Source: an uncultured Candidatus Saccharimonadales bacterium (GTDB lineage: Bacteria > Patescibacteriota > Saccharimonadia > UBA4664). From it: a stretch of 64,000 bases of DNA. The notes under the pieces were generated by a model that had not been told where the DNA came from, did no database searches, and saw only the letters and a program-made list of their open reading frames with translations. Where the stretch lies: contig CAYXSN010000008.1 in assembly GCA_964467655.1 (NCBI GenBank), positions 78-64,077 of the forward strand, read 5' to 3'. The translations under genes and the position numbers were made by a program. Below, in pieces: positions 50,820 to 60,839 of this stretch (positions within the stretch are counted from its first letter, which is position 1; every line of letters starts with the position of its first letter).

Positions 50820-51671
50820 ATGACCACCACGTTCCAGACAGACTCACACTTCGTCCTCGGTTCACTTCATAGCTCCAGCGGCCAACCTTGCCAGGACTAT
50901 GCCACCAGTGGTCAGTTGGAATCAGCGGCCTACGCTATTGTGGCTGATGGTTGCTCCAGCGGCGGCCAGACAGATGTCGGCGCCCGTATCACGGCACTAG
51001 CCATGGCTGAGGCTCTGAGGATACAGAGTAAGCTCCATCATCAGATAGGAGAAGCTCAGATCCAAACTCTCACAGCTCAGCAATTAGCCATCATGGTAGC
51101 CACAGGCCATTTGCTCAATCTCACACCCGCCGATTTACTGGCTACCTGTCTTGTTGCCTACCAAAGTCATCAAGGCGGCTGGGCCTATCTGCGTGGTGAC
51201 GGTCTCGTGATCTGGCACACTGCTGCCGGAGAGCAGCTGGCAGTGCGTGTCGAATGGAGTCCGGACAACCCGGACCGGGCCGCACCGTTCTACCCAGCTT
51301 ATGCCATTGGCGATATCGCCGGCTTTGTCGAGCACTATGGTGGGCCCGAAGTACTGGCATATCGCGTCGAACACTGGCGTTTGGCCCCGGGCAAACCACT
51401 GTGCCTGTCATCGCAGCTTCAAACTGTGAGTGAAGGCCTTGCTGGCACATTCGTGACCTTGCCTGCCGACACTCAAACAGTAGCCGTCGTCAGTGACGGT
51501 TCCTGTCAGATAGAGGGTCTGGATTGGCAGGAAGCAGCTAGGCAGCTGACCAGTTTCAAAACAACTGCCGGCGCCTTTGCCATCCGGCGCCTCATGAGGT
51601 TCGTCAAAGCCAATCAGGCAATCGGTCGTCGGCCACTCGATGATCTGGCGCTGGCTGTCATTCGACGCTAA
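50820..51671 (+). CDS. PP2C-like protein phosphatase
   Basis: G..H.....PCQDY, VADGCSS, GDG, SDG, DD. Confidence 0.88.
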   Translation: MTTTFQTDSHFVLGSLHSSSGQPCQDYATSGQLESAAYAIVADGCSSGGQTDVGARITALAMAEALRIQSKLHHQIGEAQIQTLTAQQLAIMVATGHLLNLTPADLLATCLVAYQSHQGGWAYLRGDGLVIWHTAAGEQLAVRVEWSPDNPDRAAPFYPAYAIGDIAGFVEHYGGPEVLAYRVEHWRLAPGKPLCLSSQLQTVSEGLAGTFVTLPADTQTVAVVSDGSCQIEGLDWQEAARQLTSFKTTAGAFAIRRLMRFVKANQAIGRRPLDDLALAVIRR

Positions 51672-51718
51672 GGCTGTCGTCTGCGGGGCAAAAAAGAGTG
51701 TCCAATGGAGGAATCAAA

Positions 51719-53452
51719 ATGAAACTCAACCATCTAACCGGCTTCCATCTCGATGGTCATGGTCCTGTCAAACTGAGTACCAAGCATCATCTGGCCACCG
51801 GCGGCGAAGCCTCAGTCTACCGGCTCGATACGCTGGCCATCAAACTCTACACCGATACTGGGCGCCTCAGCCAGCCCGGCATGATCGGCAGGATCCAATC
51901 GCTCACAGAACTGCGCCATCCGGGAGTAACGGCACCGCGCGGCCTCGTGACTACAACGACGGGCAGACCGGTTGGCTACTGGATGGATTTTGTCGACCAA
52001 GCTGAAGCGTTGCCCTCAGTGTGCACCAACGACTTCCGTCGTCGAACCAGTTTTGATGACAACCAAGCGTCCAAACTGGTTGGCGCCATGTTCGGCGTCA
52101 TGAGCTACGCTCATGGAGCTGGGGCCATTATGGTTGACCCCAACGAGCTCAACTGGGCGATCACCAGCCAGAACCGTTCGTATCGGCCCCGGGCACTCGA
52201 TGTTGATGCCTGGGTGCTGGGAAATTACACTCCGAGCAGCGTAGCCGTTATGCCATCCATCCGTGATTGGCATTCAGCTGGCATCGGCCAGGCAGCCGAT
52301 CGTTTCGGCCTGGCAGTTGTGACGTTCCAGGTATTTACCGGCATTCACCCCTACAAGGGTACGCTCGATGGCTATCGTCGAGGCGATCTAGTACGGCGCA
52401 TGCAAGATAACGCCTCAGTGTTCACGCCAGGCGTGCGCCTAAACCAGGCAGTACGTGATCCAGGCCGCATTCCCCGTCGACTCCTCGACTGGTATAAGGG
52501 TGTTTTTGATCATGGCGATCGCAGCGATCCACCATCAAAGTGGACAGCCTCAGCCGTGCCAAGCCAGAATATAGTGACGAAGCGCATCGCGGCAACGGCT
52601 GGAGGCAAGTTAACCTACACCCGAGTCTATGAGTCAATCGGTGACCCTGTTGTTCAGGTGTATGGCTGCGGCGTCGTCAAGCTGGCATCAGGTAAGCTGG
52701 TTGATCTGGCAACCGAGCGAGTGCTCTACACCACGACTGCAGCACGAGTACAAGTAACAACAGTTGAATCAGGCTGGCTCATAGCCGAGCTGGAACCAGA
52801 GCCACAGTTCAACTTTGTCTCCAAGGTACCTCAACCGGTACAGCCTCTGAGCCTGGGTATCGACATCTCAGAGCTCGTCTCCTATCAGAACCGGCAGTTT
52901 GTGGTTACGCCTCAGGGTTTGACCGAACTGCTCGTCAAACATTTCGCTCGGCCGGTTCTGACTACGGGTCGTATCTGGCAAGCCACCAGCACAGCTACCC
53001 GTTGGTACGACGGTGTTGGTATCCTCGATGCTATGGGCGCGACGTTTGTAATCGCACCGTTCGGAGAAGGATCCTGCGCCATCATCCGCGTGCCCGAACT
53101 AGATGGTCAACGAGTAATAGCGGCCATCTCTGGGCCACGCTGCGTGGTGCTGTCTGCGATGCAGACCAACGGTTCGTACCACCACGTGGAGTTGGTATTC
53201 GACCGCTCCTATACCAGCTACCAGATCAACCAGACTGAGGTTGACACCCCTCAGCTGAACCGCGCCATTTTGCCGAAAGGAGTCATGGTCGCCATCATCG
53301 AAGATGGTGAGATTGTCATCACAGTTCCTACTACCGGCGACCGCCGCCTGGTACATGACAGCCAAGCTCTAACAAGCTTGGCTCTGGCTTCATGGGGTAA
53401 TCGGGCGGTAGCCATCCGCGATGGCGCACTGTGGCAGCTCCAGCTGGCCTAG
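51719..53452 (+). CDS. Ser/Thr kinase-like protein with beta-rich C-terminal region
   Basis: GGEA.VY, AIKLY, D.NE.N, DVD, D.F...V..FQ..TGIHPYKG. Confidence 0.85.
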   Translation: MKLNHLTGFHLDGHGPVKLSTKHHLATGGEASVYRLDTLAIKLYTDTGRLSQPGMIGRIQSLTELRHPGVTAPRGLVTTTTGRPVGYWMDFVDQAEALPSVCTNDFRRRTSFDDNQASKLVGAMFGVMSYAHGAGAIMVDPNELNWAITSQNRSYRPRALDVDAWVLGNYTPSSVAVMPSIRDWHSAGIGQAADRFGLAVVTFQVFTGIHPYKGTLDGYRRGDLVRRMQDNASVFTPGVRLNQAVRDPGRIPRRLLDWYKGVFDHGDRSDPPSKWTASAVPSQNIVTKRIAATAGGKLTYTRVYESIGDPVVQVYGCGVVKLASGKLVDLATERVLYTTTAARVQVTTVESGWLIAELEPEPQFNFVSKVPQPVQPLSLGIDISELVSYQNRQFVVTPQGLTELLVKHFARPVLTTGRIWQATSTATRWYDGVGILDAMGATFVIAPFGEGSCAIIRVPELDGQRVIAAISGPRCVVLSAMQTNGSYHHVELVFDRSYTSYQINQTEVDTPQLNRAILPKGVMVAIIEDGEIVITVPTTGDRRLVHDSQALTSLALASWGNRAVAIRDGALWQLQLA

Positions 53453-53466
53453 CCGCCATTGCACTG

Positions 53467-53506
53467 CCGGTTCAGGTTCTCGTCAACACAAGAGAGCCTG
53501 AACCGG
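53467..53506. terminator. Terminator hairpin between convergent genes
   Basis: CCGGTTCAGGTTCTC / GAGAGCCTGAACCGG. Confidence 0.7.
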
Positions 53507-53547
53507 TCACACCTAATACTACTTTGATTAACCCGCCAATGATCGCG

Positions 53548-54108
53548 TTAGGCTTTGACAGTCCGGCGTATCCGCAGACGCCCGACCAATCCCCGCACCA
53601 GACCAGGGCCATACACGGCTAAGGTAAACAGCGCCGGAACCGCCACCAAATTACCAATCAAGTTCATCCGATAAAACGGCAATGCCATTATGTAGCAGTC
53701 AACCAATCCGGCCCAGGTATGCTCGTACATAGTACCGGTTAGCCACACGCCAAAGTTTGTGTACACAAAGAAAAACAGCGCCGATAGTATGCCACCAGCG
53801 GTACCCGCCAGCACCAAACGGCCGCCCTGCCAACGCCGCAGATACAGGCCGCTCAAACCGATCAGTGCAAACGCCGACCAAGTGAAGGTCAAAATAGGGG
53901 AATTGCCCATGATAAGATCCCCGGCCACCATCACGCTCAGAGGCACCACCAATGCCGCCCGCCGCGGCAGCATGGCCGCTGCTACCAAGCTAGCAGCCGT
54001 TACGAGCTCAAACCCTGGAGCTATCATGTGCTGGTAATTAAACACCCGCCACCCTAAAGCCAGCACCACCAAAACAATGGCGGCATACCATTTTTTATCA
54101 ATCGACAT
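53548..54108 (-). CDS. BtuM/DUF6580-like S-component (putative cobalamin transporter)
   Basis: PGF..V.A..L, VPL..M..GD, FF..TNFGVW...MY....GL..CY..ALPF; next to DUF4430 and cobO. Confidence 0.78.
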   Translation of the reverse strand: MSIDKKWYAAIVLVVLALGWRVFNYQHMIAPGFELVTAASLVAAAMLPRRAALVVPLSVMVAGDLIMGNSPILTFTWSAFALIGLSGLYLRRWQGGRLVLAGTAGGILSALFFFVYTNFGVWLTGTMYEHTWAGLVDCYIMALPFYRMNLIGNLVAVPALFTLAVYGPGLVRGLVGRLRIRRTVKA

Positions 54109-54171
54109 GAGACCCCCTATTAAATAATTACGCAACGTGCTCTATCAGCATAGCACGCCCCGATCGTAAAA

Positions 54172-54555
54172 TTAATAACTCTTAAGTTGCCAGGTAATAC
54201 TCTCATCGCCGCGGCAAATGTAAGCCGAAGGATCCTGATCAACGAGCCGCCCGTCTACCCAAAACGACCACTGCTCGTGCCTGGCCAGCTCAGCTTGCCG
54301 GCCATTTATACCGGTGACGTATTTGGCACCACCGACCTGGCGGATATCAACCACAGCCTTCTGCTGCAGCACCTCCAGCGCCGTCATACCCTCGACGCCG
54401 GTCAGGGTAAACTCAGCCGGGCTCATATCCCTCAATGCAGTTGCGGCTTCGGCGACTGAAACCGGCTCACTGCTCACAAGAGGCAGTGCTGAACTGACGG
54501 TTAATACTATGCCCACCGCCGCCGTCGCCCACCACCAAACGTTGCGAGTCGTCAC
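54172..54555 (-). CDS. DUF4430 (transcobalamin C-terminal-like) protein
   Basis: TALEVL, YVTGING, WSFWVDG, GDESITW. Confidence 0.85.
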   Translation of the reverse strand: MTTRNVWWWATAAVGIVLTVSSALPLVSSEPVSVAEAATALRDMSPAEFTLTGVEGMTALEVLQQKAVVDIRQVGGAKYVTGINGRQAELARHEQWSFWVDGRLVDQDPSAYICRGDESITWQLKSY

Positions 54556-54649
54556 GAGAGTATACCTCTTATCTAATCAACGTCCAAAATTCTAGAGTTA
54601 TCAACCAGATAACGCAAGCATAAGCCTATCTGAGCAGTGGCGGCTCGGT

Positions 54650-55204
54650 CTAGTAGTCGATCGTTTTGCGGGCCAAAATGCCGGCGTCATACGGGTGTTT
54701 AACTTTTCGCATCTCGGTCACCAGATCGGCCCGTTCAATCAGCGGCGTTAGATCAAGGCCTTTGTGGCCGGTCAAAACTAGATCGATCTCGGGCGGTCGG
54801 GAATCGGCTAGTTCAACTACTGCCGCCAACGGCAACAGCCCGCCAGTGACGCAGCCGATGATCTCGTCTAGCACAACCACATCATAGGCTCCCGAAGCGA
54901 GCTTTCTGGCTGCCAGCTCCAGGGCGGCCCGGGCTGCTTCCACGTGCTCGGTTTCCGGTAGCTTATCGCCGAGTATCTTGTAGAAGCCTTTGCCCGCCTG
55001 TATAAATTCGACATTTGGCAGGTGCTCGAAGCCGCCTTTTTCACCGGTAAACCATGTTTTTACAAACTGAATAACGAGCACCCGTTTGCCATAGCCGGCT
55101 GCCCGTAGCGCCAAGCCCATGGCGGCCGTTGTTTTACCCTTACCATCGCCGGTGTATAGGATGAGCAATCCGCGATCTGATTCGTGCAGCTCTGGTTCAG
55201 CCAT
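54650..55204 (-). CDS. cobO: Cob(I)alamin adenosyltransferase
   Basis: YTGDGKGKTTAA.G...RA.G, QF.K, LDE, VTEM..VKHP. Confidence 0.95.
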   Translation of the reverse strand: MAEPELHESDRGLLILYTGDGKGKTTAAMGLALRAAGYGKRVLVIQFVKTWFTGEKGGFEHLPNVEFIQAGKGFYKILGDKLPETEHVEAARAALELAARKLASGAYDVVVLDEIIGCVTGGLLPLAAVVELADSRPPEIDLVLTGHKGLDLTPLIERADLVTEMRKVKHPYDAGILARKTIDY

Positions 55205-55302
55205 GACGCCTGTCTCCTTGTGTTATTTACAGACTAGTGATGTAAATGGTATTCTAGGCCAACGCACCTTCAACGTCTACTCTTTCGACTAGTGGAGCCG
55301 TC

Positions 55303-55806
55303 ATGGGAATACACCCGCTGCGGGTGAAAGTTCGCACGCTCTGGCGTTATCGGAAGCAGCGTGCCAAAATCCCTGGTATTTTAGCCATTCGCTACCTGGC
55401 TATTGTCAGCTGGCTAGCAGTGGCGGGAATAGCCATCATCATCTACTACTGGATGGGTGGTCTTGCGGTGAGCATGGTGCTACCGTTCATAGTCTATGTG
55501 ATAATCGTGATCCACGATTATCGGCGTCGGCTTGAAAACCGCTATTTGCTTGACCAGTACCGCCAGGATTACTGGGTCGGCCGATCGTGGTTCTACACAT
55601 GCGTCATCAACCTTCTCTGGGCGATCTTCATCATCCTCACCATCATCGTGACCGGTGTCGCCATCAGGATTGTTCTAGGATATGGGCGCAGCGACACCCT
55701 CCTTACCGCCTACATCATGAGTACTATCTTGGTACTCCTATCCGGCAGCCAACGGTATCTTGCACTGATGCTGAAACCAAGCCGCCGATCGGACTCGTCG
55801 AGATGA
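55303..55806 (+). CDS. Four-TM hypothetical protein
   Basis: Hydrophobic ORF with SD GGAG and terminator 55834-55865. Confidence 0.65.
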   Translation: MGIHPLRVKVRTLWRYRKQRAKIPGILAIRYLAIVSWLAVAGIAIIIYYWMGGLAVSMVLPFIVYVIIVIHDYRRRLENRYLLDQYRQDYWVGRSWFYTCVINLLWAIFIILTIIVTGVAIRIVLGYGRSDTLLTAYIMSTILVLLSGSQRYLALMLKPSRRSDSSR

Positions 55807-55874
55807 CGAAAGCCGACTTGTACCTGCCACACCACCCCCAGGACGTTCGTCCTGGGGGTTCTTTTGTGGTCAAA

Positions 55875-58586
55875 CTAGCACTTACTAAAACCGCAGATCT
55901 CGCATTTTTGGCAGCCTTCAATGAATCGCAAAGAGGCGTTACCGCAATCTGGGCACATGTCAGCCAGGTGCGCCGATTCGCTCCGGTCGTGAACAGCTCC
56001 AGGTGCGGGGCTGCCGGCGGTGCCGTTGAGAACGCCCGCCGCCGCTTCAGCTGCTGCCGCCCCGCTGCCGCCGCCCATCAGTGCTCCCGCCGCAGCCATG
56101 CTGGCGAGCTGAGCCGCCTGAGGACCAGATACGGGTTCATTGCTATTCTTGGCTGTTTCGTGCTCGCGCAACACCTTGGCGACGGCGTCGGCCAGACTGC
56201 GCACCCGGGCTTGACCAAATCCCGCCGAGCTTGATCCACCAATGCCGCTGAGCTGATCGATCACATTTTGGGCGATCCGGTCCGAGGCAAATGTGCTCGG
56301 AATGCGGAATGATAGGGAGATAAGTCGTCCCATAGCTTCGGCATCCGCCATGATGTCCGATCCGGCCCGACCCAATCCGATAAATACCTCGAAGATATTG
56401 CCGCTGTCATCTTCGTTAATCGTGATGTACGCGTTACCGATTGGAGTAGCCACTTTGTATGTTTTGCCATTGAGAGTCTCGGGCCGTTGCTTCATAGCTA
56501 CTGGTACACCCATGAGGGCTTTATCACCAGCTTTGACGACTTTACCTGCCAGCTGGTCGTAGTACGAACCCTCTTTCTTGGTCTCCAAGATCTGCTTGTC
56601 CCGTGAGCCATCACGGTAGATGGTGATACCTTTGCAACCAGATTCAAAGACCTGCCAATAGGCGTCGCGCACGTCCTGGACGGTGGCGTCATTGTTGAAG
56701 TTGATCGTTTTGGAAATAGCGTTATCAACATACTTTTGGAAAGCAGCTTGCATGTTGATGTGTTGGCTCGGGGTGATGTCGCCGGCCACCACAAAGGTGC
56801 GGCGCAGGTCTTCGGGCAGATCGGTCATGCTCTGGATAGAGCCTTTATTCTGCTGCACCCGCTCCAGCAACTCTTCACTATAGAGGCCGCGTTTCTTGAG
56901 CTCGGCTTCGAAGTAGCGGCTCGATTGGAACATCCGTTTGCCCTCGATGGTGTTCTTGGCATAGGTGAGGGCAAAGAGCGGCTCGCAACCACTGGAACAG
57001 TCGGCCAGCATGGCGGTGGTGCCAGTGGGCGCAATGGTGGTCCGGGCGCCGTTGCGCGGGCGGATCTCGCCGGGCTTGTCGTAAATGCTACCTTTAAAGG
57101 CCGGGAAGACGCCGCGTACCCGGGCCATGTCAACCGATGCGTTATCTGATTCCTGCTGGATGAACTTCATGACGCGTTCGGCGGCGTCGGTGCCTTCCTT
57201 GGTGTTGTAACCAATGCCGAGATCAAGCAATGCATCAGCAAAACCCATGATACCCAATCCAATGCGGCGGATAGCACGCGTGGTCACCCGGACCTGCTCG
57301 ATCGGGTATTCGTTCATATCGAGAACGTCATCGAGGAATCGGGTGCCAATATGCACCATAGTCTTGAGTCGCGACCAATCAAAATCGGTCTTTTCGGCAT
57401 TGACGAATTTGCTCAAGTTAATCTGGCCCAAGGTACAGGCGTCGTAGGGCAGGAGTGGTTGCTCACCGCATGGGTTGGTGGCCTCAATCATGCCCAATTG
57501 AGGCGTCGGGTTGGCCCGGGAGTTATTAATCCGGTCAACCATGATCATACCCGGGTCACCGTAGCGCCAGGCTAATCGGGTGATAATGTCGTACAGTTTC
57601 TTGGCATTGAGTCGGCCAGCCACAGCTCCAGTGCGCGGATTGATGAGCTCATATCCTTTGTTGGGATCAGATTCATCACACCATTCATGTAATTTTTTGA
57701 CGGCAGCGTCCAGGCGCACAATCTTAAGATCAGGATCACGCAACTTGAGGGCTTCCTGGGCCTCGTTGATGACAGCCTCAAAATCAAATCCAGCCTCATA
57801 ATCTGCGGGCAGCGAGGCCGCATCGCGTTTAACCGCCTCAAAGAAGTCTTCGTCGACTGTCACCGAGATATTGAAGTTAGTGAGGCTAAATTCATCTACT
57901 TTGTAGACAGCAAACATCAAAATATCTGGATGGGTATAGTGCAAAATGCCCATGTTGGCGCCGCGTCGTACCCCGCCCTGCCTGATGCTTGAGGTGATAT
58001 CGTTGTACGTCTGCATGAAAGCCACAGGGCCAGTAGTTTTGCCGCCGGATGAGGCAATGATGTCATCTTTGGGTCGTAGGCGGCTAAACGAAAAGCCAGT
58101 ACCACCGCCACTCTTGTGAATGCGCGCCATATCCATGGCCGATCCCAAGATGCCGTCGAGGTCATCGGGCACCGGCAGGACAAAACACGCCGAGAGTTGT
58201 TGATTAGGCTTGCCCGCGTTCAGCATCGTCGGCGTATTGGCCACAAATTCTTGCCGAGCCATGGTCATATAGAATTCGCGGGCCATTTCCAGATGGGTTT
58301 CGCGTGGGTTCTCACTGTACAAACGCTCAGCCGTCGCAATGTTATAGCTGATACGCCATAGCATTTGCTTGGGTGATTCGATAGGATTACCAGCCTTATC
58401 GCGGAAGGCGTAGCGGGTTTTACCAATGTACCAGGCATTTTCTGAATAACGAGGTTCAGGCAGGTCATCGGGTGCAGCCGGAATCTGCTTACCGATGACG
58501 TACAATTCTTCAAGCCGCTCCCGGTCCTCGGGCGTTTCCGCCACAATATTGTTGGCCAAAATGGCCTCTGGTGTACTAGTAGCCAC
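55875..58586 (-). CDS. nrdJ: Class II (adenosylcobalamin-dependent) ribonucleotide reductase
   Basis: LSACFV, GGVRRGANM, ATNPCGEQ, TIAPTGT, KGITIYRDGS, TSCPD-like domain and C-terminal Zn ribbon. Confidence 0.95.
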   Translation of the reverse strand: MATSTPEAILANNIVAETPEDRERLEELYVIGKQIPAAPDDLPEPRYSENAWYIGKTRYAFRDKAGNPIESPKQMLWRISYNIATAERLYSENPRETHLEMAREFYMTMARQEFVANTPTMLNAGKPNQQLSACFVLPVPDDLDGILGSAMDMARIHKSGGGTGFSFSRLRPKDDIIASSGGKTTGPVAFMQTYNDITSSIRQGGVRRGANMGILHYTHPDILMFAVYKVDEFSLTNFNISVTVDEDFFEAVKRDAASLPADYEAGFDFEAVINEAQEALKLRDPDLKIVRLDAAVKKLHEWCDESDPNKGYELINPRTGAVAGRLNAKKLYDIITRLAWRYGDPGMIMVDRINNSRANPTPQLGMIEATNPCGEQPLLPYDACTLGQINLSKFVNAEKTDFDWSRLKTMVHIGTRFLDDVLDMNEYPIEQVRVTTRAIRRIGLGIMGFADALLDLGIGYNTKEGTDAAERVMKFIQQESDNASVDMARVRGVFPAFKGSIYDKPGEIRPRNGARTTIAPTGTTAMLADCSSGCEPLFALTYAKNTIEGKRMFQSSRYFEAELKKRGLYSEELLERVQQNKGSIQSMTDLPEDLRRTFVVAGDITPSQHINMQAAFQKYVDNAISKTINFNNDATVQDVRDAYWQVFESGCKGITIYRDGSRDKQILETKKEGSYYDQLAGKVVKAGDKALMGVPVAMKQRPETLNGKTYKVATPIGNAYITINEDDSGNIFEVFIGLGRAGSDIMADAEAMGRLISLSFRIPSTFASDRIAQNVIDQLSGIGGSSSAGFGQARVRSLADAVAKVLREHETAKNSNEPVSGPQAAQLASMAAAGALMGGGSGAAAAEAAAGVLNGTAGSPAPGAVHDRSESAHLADMCPDCGNASLRFIEGCQKCEICGFSKC

Positions 58587-58698
58587 CGCTTCCCCTCCTG
58601 ATTAACACGTGAATTTAACTGTATGATGTTTGGCGCCCACAATTCAAGACCATTTCTGACAATGGGCAAACAAGGCTTAGGCGTTCCCCTCTCGACGC

Positions 58699-59163
58699 CT
58701 AAGCCGGCTTGCCGGGCTGATCAAGCAATTCGCCAACCTCTTCGGCAAATGCTTCTACCTGGGTGTAGCCCCGGCAGACGCTGGCAAAGCGAATATAGGC
58801 AATGTGGTCGACACTTTTGAGCTGCTCCATCACGAGCGCTCCTATCAACTCAGCCGGTACTTCCCGTCGCTTGCCACTACGTAGCTCAGCCTCTACGGCC
58901 TCGATCATCGTAAGCACCTGCACTTCGCTTACGGGCCGCTTGGTGACAGCTAGCTGAACGCCGCGTTTAAGTTTCTCCGGATCAAAACTCTCGCGCCGGC
59001 CATCATGCTTGATCACCATGAGATCGGGTAATTCCACACGCTCATAGGTCGTGAAGCGCTGACGGCAGCCCAAACATTCTCGCCGCCGGCGAGTGCTCGT
59101 GATATCGCTTTCGCGCTTGTCGAGCACCTTCGTGTCGCTGTGATCGCAAAAAGGACAAATCAA
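58699..59163 (-). CDS. nrdR: Transcriptional repressor NrdR
   Basis: CPFC, RRRREC..C..RFTTYE, ATP cone, AYIRFASV; TTG start. Confidence 0.96.
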   Translation of the reverse strand: MICPFCDHSDTKVLDKRESDITSTRRRRECLGCRQRFTTYERVELPDLMVIKHDGRRESFDPEKLKRGVQLAVTKRPVSEVQVLTMIEAVEAELRSGKRREVPAELIGALVMEQLKSVDHIAYIRFASVCRGYTQVEAFAEEVGELLDQPGKPA

Positions 59164-59236
59164 GCCTTGGTGTAGTCTCCCGTGGGTTGTTGATGGTTGC
59201 GATAGCACAACCACTTGTGCTACATTAGCATTATGA

Positions 59237-59252
59237 ACGCTACATATTGTAG
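59237..59252. promoter_or_regulatory. Putative NrdR box
   Basis: ACGCTACATATTGTAG resembles acaCwAtATaTwGtg; lies between nrdR-nrdJ and divergent trxA. Confidence 0.6.
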
Positions 59253-59318
59253 TCGTCAATACTAAATACGGCGTGCTATGATGGTTCATGCCGCGTCAAA
59301 AAAAAGAGGGGACCACAC

Positions 59319-59639
59319 ATGGTTACAACTGTTTCCAGCGCCAACTTTAAACAAACTGTACTCGAATCCAAGCAACCGGTGCTGGTCGATTTTTGGGCTC
59401 CCTGGTGCGGACCCTGCCTGGCTATGGGCCCCATCATAGATGATGTCGCCAAAGAGCTTGAAGGTAAGGTTACTGTCGCCAAACTCAATGTCGATGACAA
59501 CCCTGACGTCGCCCAAAGCTATGGCGTTATGAGTATCCCGACCATGTTTGTCTTCAAGGACGGCCAGCCAGTTGAGCGACTCGTCGGAGTAACAGCCAAA
59601 GACAAGCTCAAGAGTGTACTTGATCATGCCGTCAGCTAA
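59319..59639 (+). CDS. trxA: Thioredoxin
   Basis: WAPWCGPC. Confidence 0.97.
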   Translation: MVTTVSSANFKQTVLESKQPVLVDFWAPWCGPCLAMGPIIDDVAKELEGKVTVAKLNVDDNPDVAQSYGVMSIPTMFVFKDGQPVERLVGVTAKDKLKSVLDHAVS

Positions 59640-60618
59640 GCCTGAAATCCGCCAGCTTATTATTATTGGTTCGGGTCCAGCCGGACTGACTGCCGCCGTT
59701 TATGCCTCAAGAGCGAGTCTTGAGCCACTGATGTTTGAAGGCGAAGTAGTCTCAAGCGGCGACCAGCCCGGCGGCCAGCTCATGACCACTACCGAGATCG
59801 AAAATTTTCCCGGTGCCCCCGACCTCACCGGTCCCGAGCTGATCGCCCGTATGAAGGAACAAGCCGTTAAGTTTGGCACCACCATCAAAACCGAGCGCGT
59901 CACCAGAGTTGATTTCTCGAAACGGCCTTTTGGCATTTGGGTGGGAGATACCGAATACCGCTCCCATAGCGTGATTATTGCCACAGGCGCAGTTCCCCTC
60001 ATGCTCGACCTGCCCCGCGAATGGGACCTCATGGGCCGCGGCGTTTCGGCTTGTGCCACCTGCGACGGGTTTTTCTTCAAGGACAAAGACATTGCTGTGG
60101 TCGGCGGAGGAGACTCGGCTATGGAAGAAGCCACCTTCCTCACCAAATTCGCCAAGAGTGTCACCGTCATTCACCGCCGCGATAGCCTGAGAGCCAGCCA
60201 AGTCATGCAGGACCGCGCCAAAGCCAACCCCAAGATTAAATTTCATTGGAACGCTCAAGTTACAAGTTTGCTTGGCCAAGATCATCTCACTGGCGTTGAG
60301 CTGACAGATACCGTGACCGGCGCCAAGTCTGAGCTGGCTATTGAAGGATTATTTATCGCCATCGGCCACAAGCCCAATTCCGAACTATTCAAAGGCCAAC
60401 TAGACATGCACCCCAACGGCTACCTCAAAACCCAGGGTGTCATCACCAATATCCCCGGCGTATACGCCGCCGGCGATGTCCAAGACGCCCGCTACCGCCA
60501 AGCCATTACTTCGGCCGGTTCAGGCTGCATGGCGGCGCTTGAGGCTCAACACTTTTTGGCTGAACACCACATAGGTGCGGCAGTATCGCAACCAGAGCCT
60601 GTCACCGCTATGAGTTAA
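59626..60618 (+). CDS. trxB: Thioredoxin reductase
   Basis: GSGPAG, CATCDG, GGGDSAMEEA. Confidence 0.97.
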   Translation: MPSAKPEIRQLIIIGSGPAGLTAAVYASRASLEPLMFEGEVVSSGDQPGGQLMTTTEIENFPGAPDLTGPELIARMKEQAVKFGTTIKTERVTRVDFSKRPFGIWVGDTEYRSHSVIIATGAVPLMLDLPREWDLMGRGVSACATCDGFFFKDKDIAVVGGGDSAMEEATFLTKFAKSVTVIHRRDSLRASQVMQDRAKANPKIKFHWNAQVTSLLGQDHLTGVELTDTVTGAKSELAIEGLFIAIGHKPNSELFKGQLDMHPNGYLKTQGVITNIPGVYAAGDVQDARYRQAITSAGSGCMAALEAQHFLAEHHIGAAVSQPEPVTAMS

Positions 60619-60839
60619 ATGGCCCGATTTCAGATTCGAGCATCCAATGTTAGTTTTGGCGCCAACTTGAACAACGCCCTGTAGGATGTGAGCAGCTTCA
60701 GCTTGTCGGTGACGCGCAGTAGGCTGCTTGCGCAACGTGCCGTCTAAGATAGCCGACTTGACGGCTTCGGCCGCCATCAATACAGCCTCACGGGTTCCAT
60801 GATTGCCAATATACTCGCTGACCAGCCTTGGATTGCTTG

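Noticed and set aside
55875-58586. Intein or intron in nrdJ
   Set aside because: The frame is continuous, catalytic motifs are uninterrupted and no splicing or LAGLIDADG motifs are seen.
60520-60800. Small minus-strand ORF between trxB and murB
   Set aside because: It overlaps trxB by about 100 nt and has no clear start, SD or motif.
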